Assembly: GCF_006345805.1 (NCBI RefSeq)
Contig: NC_042999.1
Coordinates: 27,776,001 to 27,840,000 of the forward strand
Length of the DNA stretch: 64,000 nucleotides
Origin: Octopus sinensis
Lineage: Eukaryota
Direction: 5' to 3'
Both the position numbers and the translations under genes were made by a program. The notes under the pieces are model-generated. The model saw nothing but the letters and a program-made list of their open reading frames with translations. It had not been told where the DNA came from and made no database searches. Positions 26,050 to 40,244 of the stretch are shown one piece after another. Every line of letters starts with the position of its first letter. The first letter of the stretch is position 1.

Positions 26050-26456
26050 CTTTTACTCTTTACTCTTTTACTTGTTTCGGTCATTTGACTGCGGTCATGC
26101 TGGAGCACCGCCTTTAGTCGAGCAAATCGACCCCGGGACTTATTCTTTGTAAGCCCAGTACTTATTCTATCGGGCTCTTTTGCCGAACCGCTAAGTGACG
26201 GCGACGTAAACACATCAGCATCGGTTGTCAAGCAATGCTAGGGGGACAAACACAGATATACAAAAGTACACACATATATATATATATACATTTATACGAC
26301 GGGCTTCTTTCAGTTTCCGTCTACCAAATCCACCCACAAGGCTTTGGTCGGCCCGAGGCTACAGTAGAAGACACTTGCCCAAGATGCCACGCAGTGGGAC
26401 TGAACCCGGAACCATGTGGTTGGTTAGCAAGCTAATTACCACACAGCCACTCCTAC
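26050..26456 (-). mobile_element. Family K SINE, full length
   Basis: Reverse complement of 52646-53062. Other K copies: ~9580, 20810, 24003, 27615, 29070, 34945, 42785, 50660, 59392 (-) and 36697, 39217, 54908 (+). Confidence 0.9.
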
Positions 26457-26996
26457 TCCTGTTTTAATTTAATTTAATTCTGTCTTTATGCAGCTGAGGA
26501 TTGCTCTGCATTTAAATTGATGTAATGATTGCATTGATCAATTAAATGGAGTCGCTTGAAACGATCACACTGCATTACCTCTGGATGTCCTTGTTGCTTA
26601 TTTTGATTTTATTTATATTCACATATATAAACATATTTAGACACACACACACACACGTATGTATAAATGTATGTGCGTGTGTATAGATGGCGCACGCGTG
26701 TAATTGCGCTTACATTCGCGTGTACGTGCATCGTGGCAGATATCGTCAACTTGTTTCCCCTGAATTTTCCTACGCAATCTTGAGGTACAAGGCTCGATTC
26801 TGTCTCATAGATCTGGGGCAAGAATCCTTTACATAGTCTTGATTTAACTTAGTCTTGTGTTTGGTATTTTACGAAAGCTGACAGTGAGCCACGTTGATTC
26901 TGACAGAGAATTACGTTAATGGTACATCTATTTGCAGAATACTAATTCATTTTAACTTTGTTCACACAACGAAGGATCCGATACTATGATAGCTAA

Positions 26997-27037
<41 letters not shown>

Positions 27038-27087
27038 GCTTACTTGGAGAAGAAGAAAAAGAAAACGACGCGAGCATTCAATCTTAT

Positions 27088-27582
27088 AATAACAATTTAA
27101 TAAATAAAACATATGCATACATACATACATACATACATATATGTACATACCTACATCTATATGCATATATACATGCATATATGAGTACAGAACACCACAA
27201 ATAAACGTAGAACACAACGAGAAACGAAAACATAAAATCAAACAAGGAAACGGACTTTTTTTAACAACGAAAAAACAGAGTACAAGACAAACAATACAAG
27301 GAACATTCCCCTTCTTCCTGCCCTTACCTTCGAAACACGCATTGAGTCGAAACAGAGGCAGCTGAAGAAGGGGAATATTCCTTGTATTGTTTGTCTTGTA
27401 CTCTGTTTTTTCGTTGTTAAAAAAAGTCCGCTTCCTTGTTTGATTTTATGTTTTCGTTTCTCGTTGTGTTCTACGTTTATCTGTGGCGTCCTGTACTCAT
27501 ATATGCATGTATATATGCATATAGATGTAGGTATGTACATATATGTATGTATACATATATTTTATTTATTAAATTGTTATTA
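27088..27582. repeat. Long inverted repeat (arms ~230 bp, ~35-bp loop) of a pLTR-like sequence
   Basis: Near-identical ORFs 27141(+) and 27540(-) both begin MYIPTSICIYTCIYEYRTPQINVEH. Confidence 0.9.
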
Positions 27583-28307
27583 GATAGATAGAGTTTTTAT
27601 TCTTTTATTTTTTATTCTTTTTCTTTGTTTCAATCATCTGACTGCGGCCCTGCTGGAACACCACCTTGAATGGCTTTAGTCAAAGAAATCTACCATAAGA
27701 CGTGTGTTTTTAAAGCCAAGTATTTATTTTATCGCACCATTTTGCCGAACAGCTAAGTTACGGGGACGTAAACACACCAACACCGGCTGTCAAAGCGGTG
27801 ATGGGAGGCGCGCGCACACACACACACACACATACACGCACACACACGACGGGCTACTTTCAGTTTCTGTCCACCAAATCAATCCACTCAAGGCTTTGGT
27901 CGGCCTGAAACTATAGCAGAAGACACTTGTCCATTGAGACTGAACCCGGAACCATGTGGTTGGGAAGTAGGCTTTTTACCATACAGCCACCCCTGCGCCG
28001 GGAGATAGATAGAGTGAATGAGTTAGAGGGACAAACCCGGGGCGGGGAGTGACCGAAAGTAAAAAGGGGAGTACACCTGTAATATTATAAAAACTTGCTG
28101 AAGGGAATCAGAGCGAGAAAGAGGTGTAATAGAGGAGGAGGCGTGAAGAAATGGGGGTGGGGTTTGATTTATTTTGATTATTAGTCTAATTGAAGTTAAA
28201 TTTGGTAATTATTATCGTCATGTAACAAATGAGATGAAGCAGAAAGACTGATACACGTTCAGATGAACAATTGTGTAAACAAACACGCGCTTGTGTGAGT
28301 GTGTACG

Positions 28308-28360
<53 letters not shown>

Positions 28361-28361
<1 letters not shown>

Positions 28362-28830
28362 CATCATCATCATCATCATCATCGTTTAACGTCCGTTTTC
28401 CGCGCTAGCACGGGTTGGACGGTTCGACCGGGGTCTGGGGAGCTAGGGGCTGCTCCAGGCTCCAGTCTGATCTGGCAGTGTTTCTACAGCTGGATGCCCT
28501 TCCTAACGCCAACCACTCCGCAAGTGTAATGGGTGCTTTTTACGTGCCACCTGCACAGGTGCCAGAGGGGTCTGGCATCGGCCACGATCGATTGGTGCTT
28601 TTTATGTGCCACCAGCACAGAAGGCAGTCGAGGCGGTGCTGGCATCGGCCACGTTGGGATGGTGCATTTTATGTGCCACCGGCACAGAAGCCAGTCGAGG
28701 CGGGGCTGGCATCGACCACGTTCGGATGGTGCTTTTTATGTACCACCGGCACAGGTATCACAACTACTGTTTCCATTGATATTTGGTTCGATGTTCATGT
28801 ACATGCACTTGACTCAACAAGTCTCCTCAA
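28361..28830 (-). mobile_element. RTE-related non-autonomous retroposon with internal ~65-bp tandem repeats and (ATG)n tail
   Basis: Minus strand GGTTGGCGTTAGGAAGGGCATCCAGCTGTAGAAAC motif, (CAT)n at 28361-28383, four GGTGC(T/A)TTTTAYGTRCCACC units. Confidence 0.7.
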
Positions 28831-28983
28831 GCATATGAATAAATGAAAGAATGGAGTCGAACGAAGATGTTAACAAAATTCCATTACTCTCGACACATGT
28901 TTCGAAGACAGTATATTTTTATTCCGAAGGAATAAAGGGTGCATTATGCTGACGATAAACATAGGATAATTCATTCACCTACT

Positions 28984-29027
<44 letters not shown>

Positions 29028-29028
29028 A

Positions 29029-29059
<31 letters not shown>

Positions 29060-29326
29060 ATATAATGTTCTTTATTTGTTTTAGTCATTTGACTGCGGTG
29101 GCCACGCTGGAGCACACCACATTTAGTCGAACAAATAGACTCCCAGGACTTATTCTTTGTAAGATCAATACTTATTCTATCGGTCGTCTTTTGCCGAACC
29201 GTTAAGTGACGGGGATGCAAAAGCACCAACACCGGTTGTCAAGCGATGGTGGGGGGAGACAAACATACACAAATAACAAACACACACAAACACACACATA
29301 TATATGTATATATATAAATATATATC

Positions 29327-29358
<32 letters not shown>

Positions 29359-29520
29359 GGACGGGCGTCTTTCAATTCCCGTCTACCAAATTCACTCACA
29401 AGGCTTTGGTTGGGCCGAGGCTATAGTAGAAGACACTTGCCCAAGGTGACACGCAGTAGGACTGAACCCGGAACCATGTGGTTGGGAACCAAGCTTCTTA
29501 CCACACAGCCACTTCTGCGC

Positions 29521-29557
<37 letters not shown>

Positions 29558-29561
29558 ATAC

Positions 29562-29595
<34 letters not shown>

Positions 29596-29760
29596 TACCT
29601 AGCCCGAAATTGCGAAGATAATCTGGAATTCGACCGAGGAAAGAAAACTCCGAATGACTCGTCCTTATTTCCTTGAATCGTCTGTTTGGATGTTTTGTTG
29701 ACCCTTTTTTGCATCACCTGTCTGGATATTTTGCGTTCTTGTCCCATTTTTGTATATAAT

Positions 29761-29797
<37 letters not shown>

Positions 29798-29822
29798 CGT
29801 AAAAGATATGTATATTTTATCG

Positions 29823-29869
<47 letters not shown>

Positions 29870-30057
29870 GTGTGTGATGTGCTTCTCCCAGTTTCCGACT
29901 ACTAAATCCACTGAAAAAGCTTTGGCCGTCTATGTTTTTGATACCTGTATAAAGAGCCACGCAGTGGGACTGAACCCGGAATGTGTAGTTGGGAGACAAG
30001 CTTCTTACTATGTAGGCATGCCTGCGCGCGCGCACACCACACACACACACATACACA

Positions 30058-30117
30058 CATATGTATGCATGTTTATGTATGTATGTAGTATGTATGTATG
30101 TAGTATGTATGTTGATG

Positions 30118-30149
<32 letters not shown>

Positions 30150-30998
30150 TGTTGTATGTATGTATGTATGTATGTACGTTTGTATGTATGTATGTTGTAT
30201 GTATGGGTATGTATATGTATGTATGTACGTTTGTATGTATGTATGTATGTATGTATGTATGATATGTATGTATGTATGTATGTTTGTATGTATTGTATGT
30301 ATGTTTGTATGTATGTATGTATGTGATGTATGTTGTATGTATGTATGTATGTATGTATGTATGTATATGTTTGTATGTATGTATGTTTGTATGTATGTAT
30401 GTATGTATATATATGTATGTATGTATGAATGTATGTATGTATGTATGTTTGTGTGTATGTATGTATGTATGTATGTATGTATGCATGTATATGTATGTAT
30501 GTATGTATGTATGTATTATGAATGTATGTATGTTTGTTTGTATGTATGTATGTATGTATGTATGTATATATGTTTGTATGTATGTATGTATGTATGTATG
30601 TATGTATGTTTGTATGTATGTATGTATGTATATGTTTGTATGTATGTATGTATGTTTGTATGTATGTATGTATGTATGTATGTATGTTTTGTATGTATGT
30701 ATGTATGTATATGTTTGTATGTATGTATGTATGTATGTATGTATGCATGTATATGTATGTATGTATGTATTATGAATGTATGTATGTTTGTATGTATGTA
30801 TGTTTGTATGTATGTATGTATGTATGTTTGTATGTATGTATGTATGTATGTATGTATGTTTGTATGTATGTATGTATGTATGTATGTATATGTTTGTATG
30901 TATGTATGTATGTTTGTATGTATGTATGTATGTATGTATGTATGTATGTATGTATGTTTGTATGAATGTATGTATGTATGTATGTTTGTATGCATGCA
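30058..30998. repeat. ~940-bp imperfect (TATG)n microsatellite
   Basis: Directly visible. Confidence 0.95.
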
Positions 30999-31404
30999 TT
31001 GAGTGCGTGTGTGGGGCGAGCGAGCGAGAGAGAGAGAGAAGGAGAGAGTGAGAGAGAGAGATAGATTGATAGGAGTAAAGCTACAGATAATAAGAAGGAA
31101 GAGATTTTTCAAAAAATAAAAGAAAAGTGACACAGACTAATAAAATTAAAAAAAACACAACAAATAATAGGGAAAATAGTGTGGGATAGACGGTACGTTG
31201 ATAGTGGGTCGAGGGTGGTGTCTGTGGTGACAGCAAAGAAAGAAAGAAAGAAATATACTGACACTTTGAAAGTGAACGAATGAGAGAGATAGATAGAGAG
31301 AGATAGAGATAGAGAGAGAGAGAGAGAGAGAGAGGGACAGACAGACAGACAGAAGGAGAGTGAGTGAGAGAGAGAGAGAGCAGTGTGTATTTGATGATGG
31401 AGTG

Positions 31405-31510
31405 TGTGGGTGATTAAAGTCACTTCGCCGGTTGGACGTTTTGTCAGTAAGACGCATAACGTGACAAAGCTAACTGCTTGCTGGACGGGCGGAAAAACAA
31501 AGTTGTGTAT
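31405..31510 (+). promoter_or_regulatory. Candidate promoter/TSS region of the START gene
   Basis: Short unique CpG-containing island between microsatellites ~800 bp upstream of the ATG, with an Inr-like TCAGT at 31444. Positional inference only. Confidence 0.3.
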
Positions 31511-32299
31511 ATTGTTTTGTATATATATATATATATAGATAGATAGATATAAATATATATACACATACGCATATATTGTAAGATTTTATACATATTACAT
31601 ATATGTATATTATATATTATAGCTTTGTTTAGCAAGGGATATTTTCCTTGCTTCATTCACATTCATAAATGTTTCTTATTAATGTTAATTCAAATATATG
31701 TTTATAGGCATATGCGCATGTACTGTATGTATATATACATATATAAACAAACGAACGGAACAACAACAAAGTTCAAGTTTACTACCATTATTAATTATTT
31801 TCTAAATTATTACTTACTAAGTTGATATACAAACAATATTAGTATTTTTTGTTCCTTTTTAATTTTGAACTTAACATAGATAGATTAACATAGATTAAAA
31901 GAGAAGTGTTTTAGTAATATCGTGAATATAAAGTAATATATATACAAATATTTACAACTAGCGATTAAGAACTAAAACGATAATGAATCACTTGTAATAT
32001 TGTAATTATAATTACAATAATAATTCATTAAACGTAAACACAGAAAAGTTAGGTAAAGATAACAGGGACAGAAAAAAATATATTGTTTGTAAATGAATGA
32101 AATTAATGAATCGCTTCTAGAAATACATAAATGAGAAAGAGTTGTTGAGTTTGGAGGAAGGAACGAGAGAAGAAGGAAAAACTAGTGAGGGAGAAAGAGA
32201 GGGGAAGGATCATCACCAACAGCAGCAGCATCAGTTGAAAGAACAGCAGTAGGACCCCTGTTATAACAACAACGGTTTCAGCAACAGCAGCTAGTGACC

Positions 32300-32398
32300 A
32301 TGGATGAGAACGAATACCGAAGTGTTGCCCAAGGAGTGGCTCTTAAACTACAGACTTACTTAAATGACAAAGATGGATGGGAAGTGGCCAAAAAATTT
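32300..32398 (+). CDS. STARD5: First coding exon of a START-domain lipid-transfer protein, STARD4/5/6 subfamily
   Basis: GACCATGG Kozak context. [33 protein letters not shown] aligns by eye to the human STARD5 N-terminus (MDPALAAQMSEAVAEKMLQYRRDTAGWKICREG). A perfect GTAAGT donor follows at 32399, phase 0. Confidence 0.75.
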
Positions 32399-32480
32399 GT
32401 AAGTAAACATATTCTGTTCTATAACCACCACCTGGATACATACATATTATGTACTCAGATTATACTTACATACAAAAGTA

Positions 32481-33205
<725 letters not shown>

Positions 33206-33609
33206 TTAATAAATTGGTTCCTTTCGGTTTCGATGATAAATATTCCAAGTTGTCCAATCAATCAAACTCGACTAGTGCCCCCTCGTGGCTGACCTTCCAC
33301 AGACACGTGTACCTTTAACGCAATTAATTTTCAGCTAGAACCAGCGTGACATAAGATGATATTGTTATTTTTCTATTTATTTTTCTTAGTAATTTGCTTT
33401 CTATTTTAATATAAGTGACTGAGGCCTAGACGTGTTAACTCTTAGCGCAATTCTCAGGTATAAACAGCACGATGCAAAGCTACCGCTATTGATTTACGTC
33501 TGAATACCTTACGCAGTTCTCATTTACACAGTTTATACCTTACACAGTATCGTTTACAGCTATCGAACCCGGTATCTCATGATTGCAAAGTGAATTACCT
33601 AACTACTCG

Positions 33610-34196
33610 GTCATGCATGCATGCATACATATATACATACATACATTTATGCATATATACATACATACATACATATATACATTTATGCATATATACATAC
33701 ATACATACATACATACATACATACATACGTTACATGTGTACATACCACACAACAAATACATAAAGACATACATAATATATATACACCTGTATATGTGTGT
33801 GTGTACAAATTGGTAGATAAACAGACATACACACATACATACATACATACGTACGTACGTACGTACATACATACATACATACATACATACGTACGTACAT
33901 ACATATGTTACATATGTACATACCACACAACACATGAAAACATACTTAATATATATACACCTGTATATGTGTGTGTGTACAATTTGGTAGATAAACAGTT
34001 AGTCACATACATACACACACATACACACATACATACATACATACATACATACATACATTTATGCATACATACATACATGTGTACAGACCACACAACATAT
34101 ACATAAAAAAACATACATAATATATATACACCTGTATATGTGTGTGTACAAATTGGTAGATAAGCAGTTAGACAGATGCACACATACATACATACA

Positions 34197-34230
<34 letters not shown>

Positions 34231-34890
34231 CATACGTACATACATACATACATACGTACGTACGTACATACATACATACATACATACATACATACATACA
34301 TACTACATACATACGTTACATATGTACATACCACACAACAGATACATAAAAACATACATACACACACATACACACATACATACATACATACATACATTTA
34401 TGCATACATACATATATGTGTACAGACCACACAACAGATACATAAAAACATACATAATACATATACACCTGTATATGTGTGTGTGTACAGATTGGCAGAT
34501 AAACAGTTAGACACATACATACATATATACATACATACATACATACATTTATGCATACATACATGTGTACAGACCACACAACAGATACATAAAAAACATA
34601 CATAATATATATACACCTGTATATGTGTGTGTGTGTGTGTGTACAGATTGGCAGATAAACAGTTAGACACATACATACATATATACATACATACATACAT
34701 ACATTTATGCATACATACATGTGTACAGACCACACAACAGATACATAAAAAACATACATAATATATATACACCTGTATATGTGTGTGTGTGTGTGTACAG
34801 ATTGGCAGATAAACGGTTAGACACATATATACATACATACATATATACATACCCATAAATATACAAAGACATACATACGCAAATGTGTAC
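33610..34890. repeat. Compound minisatellite, ~6-7 units with (CATA)n spacers
   Basis: Recurring ACCACACAACA...TATACACCTGTATATGTGTGTGTGTACA(A/G)ATTGG(T/C)AGATAAACAG units. Confidence 0.85.
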
Positions 34891-35775
34891 AAAAATGTAC
34901 AATCTTGGTGCAGTTGTTGTTAAGATCCAGGTATGCCTTGACTCTCTCTCTTTTACTTGTTTCTGTCATTTGACTGTGGCCATGCTGGAGCACCACCTTT
35001 AGTTGAGCAAATCAACCCCAGGACTTATTCTTTGTAAGCCTAGTACTTATTCTATCGGTCTCTTTAGCCTAACCGCTAAGTTACAGGGCGTAAACACACC
35101 AGCCATGGTTGTCAAGCGATGTTGGGAGGACAAACACAGACACACAAACACATACACTCACATACATATATATACATATATACGACGGGCTTCTTTCAGT
35201 TTCCGTCTACCAAATCCACTCACAAGGCTTTGGTCGACCCGAGGTTATAGTAGAAGACACTTGCCTAAGGTACCACGTAGTGGGACTGAACCCTGAACAT
35301 ATATATATATATATACATATACACACACATATATATATATACATATATACGACAGGATTCTTTCAGTTTCCGTCTACCAAATCCACTCACAAGGCTTTGG
35401 TCGACCCGAGGTTATAGTAGAAGACACACTTGCCCAAGGTTCCACGTAGTGGGACTGAACCCTGAACCATGTGGTCGGTAAGCAAGCTACTTACCACACA
35501 GCCACTCCTACGCCTATGACCGTGTACACCTATAATCAAAGACATTCTAACAGTGACCATCCTGTCTATTTTTGTTTTTTTTTGTAATGAGGTTGTGATG
35601 AGAAGAAACTTTAGTGTTAAACGCACATGTCAAATAGCTGTCGCTTGAACTATTTGAAGTTGCTTCTGTTATTTTTGTTGTTGTTGTTGTTGTTTAAACT
35701 TTCGTCAGCAGAGAGCATTCTATTTAAATTTCTTTACTCTTGGAAAGGCATCGCTTACACTTATTATGTGTGTGT

Positions 35776-36217
35776 GGAAGCACTCCGTCGGTTACGACGA
35801 TGAGGGTTCCGGTTGATCCGAATCAACGGAACAGCCTGCTCGTGAAATTAACGTGTAAGTGGCTGAGCACTCCACAGACACGTGCACCCTTTTATCAATA
35901 CAAAATGAATAATTAAATTACACCATCTAGAAAATTACATATAATAGAAAAGTAGTTCTCGGGGATATTCAGCGTGATACAGAGAGTGACAAGACCGGCC
36001 CTTTGAAATACAGGTACAACAGAAACAGGAAGTAAGAGTGAGAGAAAGTTATGGTGAAAGAGTACAGCAGGGATCACCACCATCCCCTGCCGGAGCCTCG
36101 TGGAGCTTTTTAGGTGTTTTCGCTCAATAAACACTCACAAGGCCCGGTCTGGGAATCGAAACCGCGATCCTACAACCGCGAGTCCGCTGCCCTAACCACT
36201 GGGCCATTGCGCCTCCA
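35776..36217 (-). mobile_element. Family R SINE (tail a) with a ~62-bp foreign insertion
   Basis: Matches 7408-7789 except for an insert at ~35891-35951. Confidence 0.9.
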
Positions 36218-36830
36218 CACTTACTATGTAACTAGAAGGCCGGTAGGCTGTCATTTCGAGCAGGGCGAATGACCACATGGTAGTTGTTGTGGCTGCTGTT
36301 TCCATTCCTCTATTTTTTTGTATCTATTACTTTTGTTGTTGATGTTATTGTTGTTGTCATAGGCATTTCTGCTGTGTTTGTGGTTGACATAACTTGCAGA
36401 AATTGCTTTGGTAATGTTGTTGTTACTATTCGACTCGTTAGTCATTGTAGAAAATTGTTAATAATACCTAATTTGTCATTTCTCTGGTCTAGTCCCATAT
36501 TGGTCCTGATCAGGGAAACGGTAGTATTCTTGTTTAAGCAACCTGTATAATACACCAAAGCATTTTTATTTTTTAGAATTTTCAGAAAATGTTTGTGAAT
36601 ATTTGTTCTGCCCATGGGAATTCATACGATTATGGACAAAAAAAAAAAAAAAAAAGAAATTGTATGTAATTTTAGGGCGATTTAACTGTTGTTTTTAGCA
36701 CCAACCACATGGTTCCGGGTTCAGTCCCACTGCGTGGCATCTTGGGCAAGTCTCTTATGCTATAGCCCCGGGTCGACTAATGCCCTTGTGAGTGGATTTG
36801 GTAGACGGAAACTGAAAGAAGCCGGTCGTA

Positions 36831-36869
<39 letters not shown>

Positions 36870-37465
36870 ATGTGTGTTTGTGTCTGTGGTTGTCCCCCTA
36901 ACATTGCTTGACAACCGATGCTGGTGTGTTTACGTCCTCGTCACTTAGCGGTTCGGCAAAAGAGACCGATAGATTTAGTACTGGGCTTACAAAGAATAAG
37001 TACCGGGGCCGATTTGCTCGACTAAAGGCGTTGCTCCAGCATAGCCGCAGTCAAATGACTGAAACAAGTGAAAGAGTAAAGAGAGAGTATCTCACGACCA
37101 TCTGATACCTTTCTCGTTTCTTTGTCACTCTGACATGTATCAATGTTTTTCAATAATTTTCTCCCCATAAGCACATTTAAGGGAATGATGATGCAGCCAG
37201 AAATGGTCCGCTGCTGGGATTTAAGCAATCAGTATTTTAAACTCTGTCAAAACAAAAGTTCGAAAACAGTGGAAATTTAGGATTTAAGGGTAGGGGGGGG
37301 GGTAAACATTTTTTTTTTTTTAAAACAAAAACGTTTTATTTTCATTATCGTATGAATTCCCGCGTGTAGAGCACAACTTCGCAAATATCTTCTGAAACTT
37401 CCTAAAATAAAAAAAAATGTTATGAGGTGATATATGAAGTGCTTAAACCAGAATCCTGCCGAAAA

Positions 37466-37850
37466 TCTTTATATATAAAAGTGAAGTTGTGTGTCTATCT
37501 CCTACGATTTAGATTCCTAACTACTCCCACATTTTGCGGTGCAGTGTAACCAAAAGCGGGTATCTTATAGTCGTGATTCATATCAAGCCCTTCTGGGTAT
37601 TAGCGCGCGTCTACGATTTAAAAAAAATTTTACCATCATTTTTTTCCCATTTTTAATGCATTTTTTTGCTATTATATAAGGGAAGTAACTCTCTATAAAT
37701 GTATTATTAAATCTCAGAACGAAAAAAGCTACAGTAACACCCCCCTTTGTGGTTAGCCATATTGAGATGGCTATTATACTTTAAATCTCTAAAAATGCTT
37801 ATATAGTTATTTCCCTTACAAATCCGAGCAACGCCGGGCGATACTTCTAG
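37466..37850 (+). mobile_element. Non-autonomous Helitron
   Basis: 5' TCTTTATATATAAAAG, subterminal imperfect hairpin CCGAGCAACGCCGGG, 3' CTAG, inserted between A and T with no TSD. Confidence 0.85.
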
Positions 37851-38126
37851 TCGTTTTATAAAAGATACCTTATTTGCTGTTGCTCTTGTATAGTCCCAGG
37901 TTATTCCTGATCGAGGAAACTTATAATCAAAGGCATTCCAGCCGTGACTATACTGTCTCTGCCTACATCCAAAGAACTTAAAGCTATTACTAGCCAACAT
38001 TTCATTTTCTCAAACAGCAAAGTATTTTATGAAAATTTGGTAGCTATTTCTAGCAAGCCGAATAACTGCATAGAAGTTCCCTCTGAATGACACCTTGGTA
38101 ATTAAGATTGTCTCTTTTCAGCTGAT

Positions 38127-38511
38127 TGGAAGCACTCCGTCGGTTACGACGACGAGGGTTCCGGTTGATCCGAATCAACGGAACAGCCTGCTCGTGAAAT
38201 TAACGTGTAAGTGGCTGAGCACTCCACAGACACGTGTACCCTTAACGTAGTTCTCGGAGATATTCAGCGTGACACAGAGAGTGACAAGGCCGGCCCTTTG
38301 AAATACGGGTACAACAGAAACAGGAAGAAAGAGTGAGAGAAAGTTGTGGTGAAAGAGTACAGCAGGGATCACCACCATCCCCTGCCGGAGCCTCGTGGAG
38401 CTTTTAGGTGTTTTCGCTCAATAAAAACTCACAACGCACGGTCTGGGAATCGAAACCGCGATCCTATGACCGCGAGTCCGCTGCCCTAACCACTGGGCCA
38501 TTGCGCCTCCA
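38127..38511 (-). mobile_element. Family R SINE (tail a)
   Basis: Near-identical to 7408-7789. Confidence 0.9.
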
Positions 38512-39391
38512 CTTACAGCTGATAACCAACCATACTGTACACTCTGACATAATAGTGATTAATGGTGTAAACAAGGACATTCTGGCGCATTCAGTCTTTT
38601 GTCTTTAACTTACCTCAATCATTAGACTGCAGCACCACCTTGAAAAATCTTTAGTCGAATGGATCGACCCCAGTACTTAACTTCTTTTTATAGCCTGGTA
38701 TGTATTCTGTTGGTGTCTTTTGCCGAACTTTTGCCAAGTTACGGGGACGTAACCACACCAACACCGTTGTCAAGGGGTGGTGGAGAACACACACATACAT
38801 ACATACATATATGGTCGACTTTGCCTTTCATCCTTTCGGTGTCGATAAATTAAGTACCAGTTACGCACTGGGGTCGATATAATCGACTTGATACCTATGT
38901 CTGTCCTTGTTTGTCCCCTCTATGTTTAGCCCCTTGTGGGCAATAAAGAAATATATATATGTATATATATAATTATTATTATTTGAGGGAATAAAATCCA
39001 AACTTACAAGGAAAAAGAATTCAATTTAGAAATACTAAATCAAATTCCACACAATATAATATATATATAATATTAGAAAAAAAACACCTTTTATCAATTC
39101 AAAACGAATAATTAAATTACACCATCTAGAAAATTACATATAATAGAAAAGTTAAAATTAAAATAGCAATAAAAAGTAAAGATTAAGTAAATTACAAAAA
39201 TAATATAATGTATATAGGCGCAGGAGTGGCTGTGTGGTAAGTAGCTTGCTAACCAACCACATAGTCCCGGGTTTAGTCCCACTGCGTGGCATCTTGGGCA
39301 AGTGTCTTCTGCTATAGCCCCGGGCCGACCAATGCCTTGTGAGTGGATTTGGTAGACGGAAACTGAAAGAAGCCTGTCGTATATATGTATG

Positions 39392-39430
<39 letters not shown>

Positions 39431-39791
39431 TTGTGTGTCTGTGTTTGTCTCCCTAGCATTGCTTGACATCCCCGTCACTTAGCGTTTACATCCCCGTAAC
39501 TTAGCGGTTCAGCAAAAGAGACCGATAGAATAAGTACTGGGCTTACAAAGAATAAGTCCTGGGGTCGATTTGCTCGACTAAAGGCGGTGCTCCAGCATGG
39601 CCGCAGTCAAATGACTGAAACAAGTAAAAGAGAGAGTATATATATATATATAAGATTAATCAGCCTAAATTGCGAAGATGATCTGGTTCTTGACTGATGA
39701 CTGAGAGCTTCGAAAGTCCCGTCTGTGTGTTTTTTTGCCGTCTTCAAAGTGTTTCACGTTCTTGTCCCAGTTTGTGTTATTTTTAACGTTT

Positions 39792-39899
<108 letters not shown>

Positions 39900-40201
39900 A
39901 TGTATACAATTGGTTTCTTTCGATTTCCGTTAAGCAAAAGCACTCACAAGGCTTAGGTGAGCCCAAGGCTATAGTAAAAGACATTCGCCCAAGGCGCCAC
40001 ACAGTGACACTGGACTGAACTCGCTGGAACCACGTGACTGTGAAGCAAACTTTTGCCACATAGCAACGACTGCGTCTATTTTTAAGAAGTTCATTGTTGC
40101 AGTCACGTAATTTTGGGTTCAATCCCACTGTGTGGCATATTGGACAAATGTTTTTTTTTTTACGTTGCATGGTAGACGGAAACTGTTTTAAAGCCCGTTC
40201 T

Positions 40202-40244
<43 letters not shown>

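Noticed and set aside
25995-26467. Recurrent ORFs MTTDAGVFTSPSLSGSAKE... and ...RRHLPKMPRSGTEPGTMWLVSKL as a gene family
   Set aside because: These are incidental frames within family K SINE copies.
28531-28756. CRISPR-like repeat-spacer array
   Set aside because: The 'spacers' are homologous to each other, the context is a eukaryotic retroposon, and there are no cas genes.
30008-31133. Long MYVC/HTYI-repeat ORFs (also near 8437, 24564, 33600, 60146 and elsewhere)
   Set aside because: These are translations of stop-free TATG/TA/TG microsatellites.
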